Below, in pieces: positions 59,562 to 64,000 of a stretch of 64,000 nt of DNA (positions within the stretch are counted from its first letter, which is position 1; every line of letters starts with the position of its first letter). The notes under the pieces were generated by a model, which ran no database searches, was not told where the DNA came from, and saw only the letters and a list, made by a program, of their open reading frames with translations. The position numbers were made by a program, and so were the translations under genes. Origin of the DNA: Fimbriimonadales bacterium (GTDB taxonomy: Bacteria; Armatimonadota; Fimbriimonadia; Fimbriimonadales; GBS-DC); the NCBI GenBank assembly GCA_025061985.1, contig JANXAW010000026.1, forward strand, positions 22,738 through 86,737. The letters are read 5' to 3'.

Positions 59562-60619
59562 AGGTCGCCCTACTTGGGTTCCCGCTTAGCGGACGCTCCA
59601 CACTCTTTGATGCGCTTGCAGGTGGGCGCGCCCACGAGGGTGTCGCCAGCATCCCCATCCCCGATGCCCGCCTAGAGATGTTAGCGCAGCAAGCAGGCGC
59701 GAAAAAAGTCACCCCCGCTACTCTCGAGTGGCACGACGATTTGCCAGAGTTTGACCCTCTCAAGCCCGAAAGTGTGCGCCAACCCCTTAGCGCTGCCCGC
59801 CAAAGTGATGCCCTTGTGTTAGTGCTGCGGGCTTTCGATAGCCCCTATGCTCCCTACCACGCACCAGTTGACCCCATCCGCGACTTGAACTTTTGGCTGG
59901 ACGAGTTCGTTTTGGCAGACCTGCAGGTGGTTGAAAACCGCCTAGAGCGACTCACGAAACTGTTCCAATCGCACAAAGAGTCAGCATCAGACCGTGCGGA
60001 ATATACGTGGCTGCAGCAGTTTCAGCGTGTGCTGAACGCGGGCGAATCGCCTCTTACACTGGAGGTTTCGCGCGAGTTGGAGCCACGCCTGCGCGGGTTC
60101 GGTTTTCTGACGCGCAAACCTGTGGTGGTGGTCGCTAACCTCAGCGAGCAGCTAGTGGGTCAGGAACAGCGCTATGAACCGATCCAACGCCTTCAAGCAC
60201 TGTGCGAGGCGCGCGGTTTGCCGTTGGTACCGCTGTGTGCTACCCTTGAGCGCGAGTTGCGCCAACTACCTACTGCCGAGCAAGCCGAGTTTCTGCAGTT
60301 ATTAGGCGTTTCAGAGTCTGCCCTACCCCGTCTTGTGCAGGCTGTATACAAACAACTACGCCTCCAAGTGTTCTACACTGTTTACGGCGAGGAGACTCGA
60401 GCGTGGTTGCTTCGCGAAGGTGGCACCGCGTTAGAGGCGGCAGCCACCATTCACTCCGACATGGCGCGGGGCTTCATCCGCGCAGAAGTTTGCCACGCAG
60501 ACGAGGTTATCGCTGCAGGGGGTTGGAAAGCGGCGCACAAGGCAGGCAAAGTGCAACTGGTGGGCAAAGAATATCCGCTCCGCGACGGAGACGTGATTCA
60601 AGTGCGGTTCAATGTGTAG
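59558..60619 (+). CDS. YchF/Obg-family ATPase-like protein (DUF933), degenerate P-loop
   Basis: PDARL, LVLRAF, LADLQVVENRLERL, LTRKP, IHSDMARGFIRAE, GKEY...DGDVI..RFNV. Confidence 0.88.
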   Translation: MKVALLGFPLSGRSTLFDALAGGRAHEGVASIPIPDARLEMLAQQAGAKKVTPATLEWHDDLPEFDPLKPESVRQPLSAARQSDALVLVLRAFDSPYAPYHAPVDPIRDLNFWLDEFVLADLQVVENRLERLTKLFQSHKESASDRAEYTWLQQFQRVLNAGESPLTLEVSRELEPRLRGFGFLTRKPVVVVANLSEQLVGQEQRYEPIQRLQALCEARGLPLVPLCATLERELRQLPTAEQAEFLQLLGVSESALPRLVQAVYKQLRLQVFYTVYGEETRAWLLREGGTALEAAATIHSDMARGFIRAEVCHADEVIAAGGWKAAHKAGKVQLVGKEYPLRDGDVIQVRFNV

Positions 60620-60630
60620 TGAGGGCGCTG

Positions 60631-61518
60631 CTACTCGCAGAAGTCGGGCGAGCCTTCAGAGGGAAGCTTGAGGCGACCGTCGTCCAGTTTGGCGATTCGA
60701 CGAGCGCGTTGCAGCTCGGCTTGGTCATAGCTGTCCAAGCCGCCCGCCTGGCTGTAGGCGCGTTCCGCTTCCTGAGGTTCGTTAAGCAAGGTGTACACAT
60801 CGCCCAGCAGAGTAAGGTAAAGCGCGCTGTTGGGTTTGAGAGCTAACGCGCGCTGGAAGCAGGCGAGCGCTTGCTCCAGCATATTGTTTTCAATGCACAG
60901 TAGCCCGTAGCGGAAGTGGTAGTAATCATCTTCGGGGTCAAGCAGGGTGGCGATCTCCATCTCTTGCAGAGCTTCCTCGATCCTGCCCACCTGCTCTAGC
61001 AGATCTGCCAACCAGAAGCGGTAAAAGCTGTTGCTCGGTTCGTGGTTGACCGCAGCGCGCCCCGCTTCAATCGCCTTTGCGTACTGCTGGCTGAGCGCCA
61101 ACACCTCAGCGTACTTGAACTGCACAAAAGCGTTGTTCGCTCCGTACTCAATCGCTCGCTTGAAGTGGGCGATCGCTGCGTCGTAGCGCCCAAAGCGACG
61201 ATAAATCTCGCCCAACGCAAAGTACGGCTCGGGATCGCGTGGGTTCAGTTTGCGCGCGCGTTGATAGTAGGCTAAGGCGCGGGCGGGCTGGTCGGCATAT
61301 GCATAGGCATCGCCAAGCTGGATGTAGCGCGCGCTGTTTCCGCCATCCATTTCAATGGCGAGCTTGTAGTAGCGAAAGGCTTCCTCGTATTTGCCCTGTC
61401 GCAGAGCAGCATCTCCACGCTGGCGAGCTTCCTCCGCCGTCGCAGGGCGGTACTGCTCCTCTATGCGAAGCGGTCGCGTCTCCTGAGCTTCGTGGGAGAA
61501 AGCATCGCCATGCCCCAT
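60631..61518 (-). CDS. Tetratricopeptide repeat protein
   Basis: About 7 tandem TPRs (e.g. PYFALGEIYRRFGRYDAAIAHFKRAIE). Confidence 0.9.
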   Translation of the reverse strand: MGHGDAFSHEAQETRPLRIEEQYRPATAEEARQRGDAALRQGKYEEAFRYYKLAIEMDGGNSARYIQLGDAYAYADQPARALAYYQRARKLNPRDPEPYFALGEIYRRFGRYDAAIAHFKRAIEYGANNAFVQFKYAEVLALSQQYAKAIEAGRAAVNHEPSNSFYRFWLADLLEQVGRIEEALQEMEIATLLDPEDDYYHFRYGLLCIENNMLEQALACFQRALALKPNSALYLTLLGDVYTLLNEPQEAERAYSQAGGLDSYDQAELQRARRIAKLDDGRLKLPSEGSPDFCE

Positions 61519-61589
61519 ACCAGCGATATTATACCACAGGGGGTTGACGCGCAGGCAGGACGCTGGCTTACACGAAAGGGAGAGACACT

Positions 61590-62276
61590 ATGGCACGCCG
61601 TATCGAGCGGATCGTGTGGCATACCGCTGCGCACGGACGCAACGGGCAGGCGTTTGACACTACCGCTGCCCAAATCGACCAGTGGCATCGTGAGCGCGGC
61701 TGGAGCGAAATCGGCTATAACGTGGTCATCCGCTTCGACGGTACTATCGAACAGGGACGCGACCCGCGCAAAATCCCCGCAGGCGTAGCAGGCATCAACG
61801 AAACCACCTACCACATCTGCTTCTCAGGGCACGGCGACATCGCTCCCCTTACCCCTCAGCAGCTGGAAAGCGGCATCCAGCATACCATTCAAATGCTCCA
61901 CAAGTACGGGTTGGTGGAGCGTTTTCTTGTCGAACCTGATGGGCTGATTGTGATGGGGCATCGCGAGGTAAACGAGCTGGTGCGTCGCGGCTTAGCGCCC
62001 ACACCAACTACTAAAACATGCCCCGGTCGGCTGGTGGATATGGAGCAAGTGCGCCTGCTGATACGCCAGCGACTGCAATCCACTGCTACCGTGGGCACGA
62101 CCTACGACGCACAGGCAGCAAGCGAATTGTATCACGGACTGCGACAGGTGTACGTTGCTGCTGCCAAGCTACGGTTGCCCGATGAGGTGATGCATTTCCT
62201 AAACCAGTTCCGCAAGCAGCCCGAGGTGGATGCGCTGATTGCCCGCTGGAAGCGCGAGGCAGAACAGGCTCAGTAG
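61590..62276 (+). CDS. N-acetylmuramoyl-L-alanine amidase (Amidase_2 / T7-lysozyme-like)
   Basis: IVWHTA, IDQWHRERGWSEIGYN, GR, GHRE, KTCPG (His/His/Cys zinc ligands). Confidence 0.88.
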   Translation: MARRIERIVWHTAAHGRNGQAFDTTAAQIDQWHRERGWSEIGYNVVIRFDGTIEQGRDPRKIPAGVAGINETTYHICFSGHGDIAPLTPQQLESGIQHTIQMLHKYGLVERFLVEPDGLIVMGHREVNELVRRGLAPTPTTKTCPGRLVDMEQVRLLIRQRLQSTATVGTTYDAQAASELYHGLRQVYVAAAKLRLPDEVMHFLNQFRKQPEVDALIARWKREAEQAQ

Positions 62277-62785
62277 AGGTTCTCCAGTAAGGCGCGACTG
62301 CGGCGATCCAGCGCGTTTAGGTCGCGGATCTCATACCGACTGCCATCGACGGCTACAATCAGGTAGCGCGCGGGTGACAGCTCGTGAATGTTCTCGCGCC
62401 AGTTGCTGACATAAAACACGCGCCTACCGCGGTCGGTCTCCACCTCCCAGCGGTGTTGCCCATACTCCTCTTCCAGCGCGTAGATTTTCTCGATCACAGG
62501 CGTAAAGTAGCGGCGCTCAAGCTCTTCTTCCACGAGGCGGCGCGAGGCTTCGGGCATTCCCTCCAAGGTGCGGAACATGCCGATTTCCACCCACTTGTCG
62601 CGCTCTTGGCGGTGCAGTACGCTAATGTAGCCCTGTGGGTGCGAAAGAGGAAATGCACGGGCAAACTGCACGTCCTCGTATACCTCGCCGTTTGGGAGGC
62701 GAATACGCACCACCACACTTCCAGGCAGGCGCTCTACTACCACGCCTGTAGGGTCTAACCAGCGAATGGCTATGTTGGGCTGCAT
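62270..62785 (-). CDS. DUF1854 domain protein
   Basis: RAFPLSHP..YIS, EEL.RRYF.P.I..I, W.VETDRG, LDRRSR.LL. Confidence 0.8.
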   Translation of the reverse strand: MQPNIAIRWLDPTGVVVERLPGSVVVRIRLPNGEVYEDVQFARAFPLSHPQGYISVLHRQERDKWVEIGMFRTLEGMPEASRRLVEEELERRYFTPVIEKIYALEEEYGQHRWEVETDRGRRVFYVSNWRENIHELSPARYLIVAVDGSRYEIRDLNALDRRSRALLENLY

Positions 62786-62787
62786 CC

Positions 62788-64000
62788 TTACATCACTTCA
62801 GCTTTCCTAAGTCTGCCTTCGTATACAGGCTCTGCGAAGGCAAACGAGCGACGCACCTCGCTGATTTTGACCTTTGTAATAGGCTGTGTGGGTGGCTCGT
62901 TCTCCCACAAGATAAGGTAGCCATCGTGCGTAAACGCCACTTTTTGCCCCTCATTCAACGCGGAGGGCACCAGCTGGCATTCCACTACCTGAAGCAGCTT
63001 GTAGGGGAGGTACTGTTGTTTGAGGGTCTCCAGCGTGCCAGCCTGAATGCGGTATTCGTCAATGGGCAGTTCGGGACGGGCGCGCACGAACAGCCCCACT
63101 TCCAGATGATGCTCCAACATATCGATGTTCACGCCATCTTCGCCCACTAGGTACTCCACTACGCTGGGGTGCGCCTCAATCAGGTACGCTTCCACTTGCT
63201 CCGTGCGCGCGCGGGATTCCAGCTCGCGCTCGATCCACAGGCTCACCGTTTCAGGCGAAGGGATGCGCCCGCGCCCATGGCAGGTGGGGCAGGGGCGAGT
63301 AAGCCCTTCCGTCACCGATTCGCCAGTGCGTTTGCGCGTTAGCTCCACTAGCCCCAGCGAACTAATGCGCCCGATGCGGAACCGTGCGCGGTCGCGCTTG
63401 AGCGTGCGCCGCAACGCCTGCATTACCAGCCGATGATCGCTCTTGCGCCCCATATCGATAAAGTCAATCACGATAATCCCACCGATGTCGCGCAAACGCA
63501 GCTGGCGGCAAATCTCCTCCACCGCCTCCAGATTGGTTTTGAGAATAGTCTCCGCCAGCGAGGTCTTGCCCGTGTACTTGCCCGTGTTCACATCAATTGC
63601 AGTGAATGCTTCGGTCTCATCAATCGTGAGGTAGCCGCCCGACTTGAGCCATACCTTGCGCCGCAGCAGGCGCTCCATCTCTTTTTCAATGTTGAAGTGT
63701 TCAAACATTGGGGTCGGTTTGTCGTACAAAATCACCCGGTTGCGAAGCTCTGGCGCAATCACTTTGAGCACTTCGTGCACTTTCTCGTACTCTTCGGGGT
63801 CATCAATCCAGAAGCGCTCGACTTCTGAGGAGAAGACATCGCGCAGCACGCGGTACAGCAAGCTGGCATCGCGGTGCACCAAGGCGGGAGCTTGCACCTG
63901 AGCGATCCGCTCACGGATTTGTTGCCACAGCTCGGTTAGGTACTCAATGTCTTGCCCAATTTCCTTCTCAGTTTTCCCTTCGGCTTCGGTGCGGATGATT
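62788..64000 (-). CDS. rng: Ribonuclease E/G family (5' truncated by window edge)
   Basis: LKSGGYL.IDETEA.TAIDVNTG, LRLRDIGGIIVIDFIDM, GLVELTRKR, CPTCHGRG. Confidence 0.93.
   Translation of the reverse strand, partial: IIRTEAEGKTEKEIGQDIEYLTELWQQIRERIAQVQAPALVHRDASLLYRVLRDVFSSEVERFWIDDPEEYEKVHEVLKVIAPELRNRVILYDKPTPMFEHFNIEKEMERLLRRKVWLKSGGYLTIDETEAFTAIDVNTGKYTGKTSLAETILKTNLEAVEEICRQLRLRDIGGIIVIDFIDMGRKSDHRLVMQALRRTLKRDRARFRIGRISSLGLVELTRKRTGESVTEGLTRPCPTCHGRGRIPSPETVSLWIERELESRARTEQVEAYLIEAHPSVVEYLVGEDGVNIDMLEHHLEVGLFVRARPELPIDEYRIQAGTLETLKQQYLPYKLLQVVECQLVPSALNEGQKVAFTHDGYLILWENEPPTQPITKVKISEVRRSFAFAEPVYEGRLRKAEVM

Noticed and set aside
61590-62276. Prophage suggested by the amidase
   Set aside because: No holin, integrase or structural genes nearby.
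296-63901. Many 60-220 aa antisense or alternate-frame ORFs in the track (e.g. 3310-3957, 41002-41646, 51420-52070, 58173-58811)
   Set aside because: Shadow ORFs expected in GC-rich DNA; they overlap well-supported genes and show no recognisable motifs.

Overview
A GC-rich, densely coding bacterial chromosomal segment with about 60 mostly housekeeping genes in short, scrambled operons. They include accC-nusB, flhA, gdh, pyrF, motAB, deoC, hrcA-trpG-glnE, panB-pyrE, rpsB-tsf, argG-ppa, dnaN, dnaG-sigma-radC, a ychF-like gene and rne/rng. Two prepilin H-X9-DG proteins, a dockerin-like-tailed secreted protein and the general style of the proteins suggest Armatimonadota, possibly thermophilic (inference only). 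I found no rRNA, tRNA, CRISPR array, transposase or prophage. Most notable: (1) a strong promoter driving a secreted GH13 enzyme overlapped with an H-X9-DG pseudopilin, a candidate pilin-based glycan-capture module, with an orphan pilC + J-domain operon nearby; (2) about 12 apparently leaderless genes with a GG-TANNNT-N6-9-start layout, alongside a divergent dnaG-linked sigma factor; (3) an unannotated 46-aa membrane peptide coupled to a degenerate YchF; (4) a stand-alone 81-aa basic protein with near-consensus promoter and terminator; (5) an acyl-ACP-reductase-like gene without ADO; (6) an ATT-start candidate for mreD; (7) a vapC broken by an 8-nt duplication; (8) two families of intergenic palindromic repeats. 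All calls come from motif reading; no database search was run.
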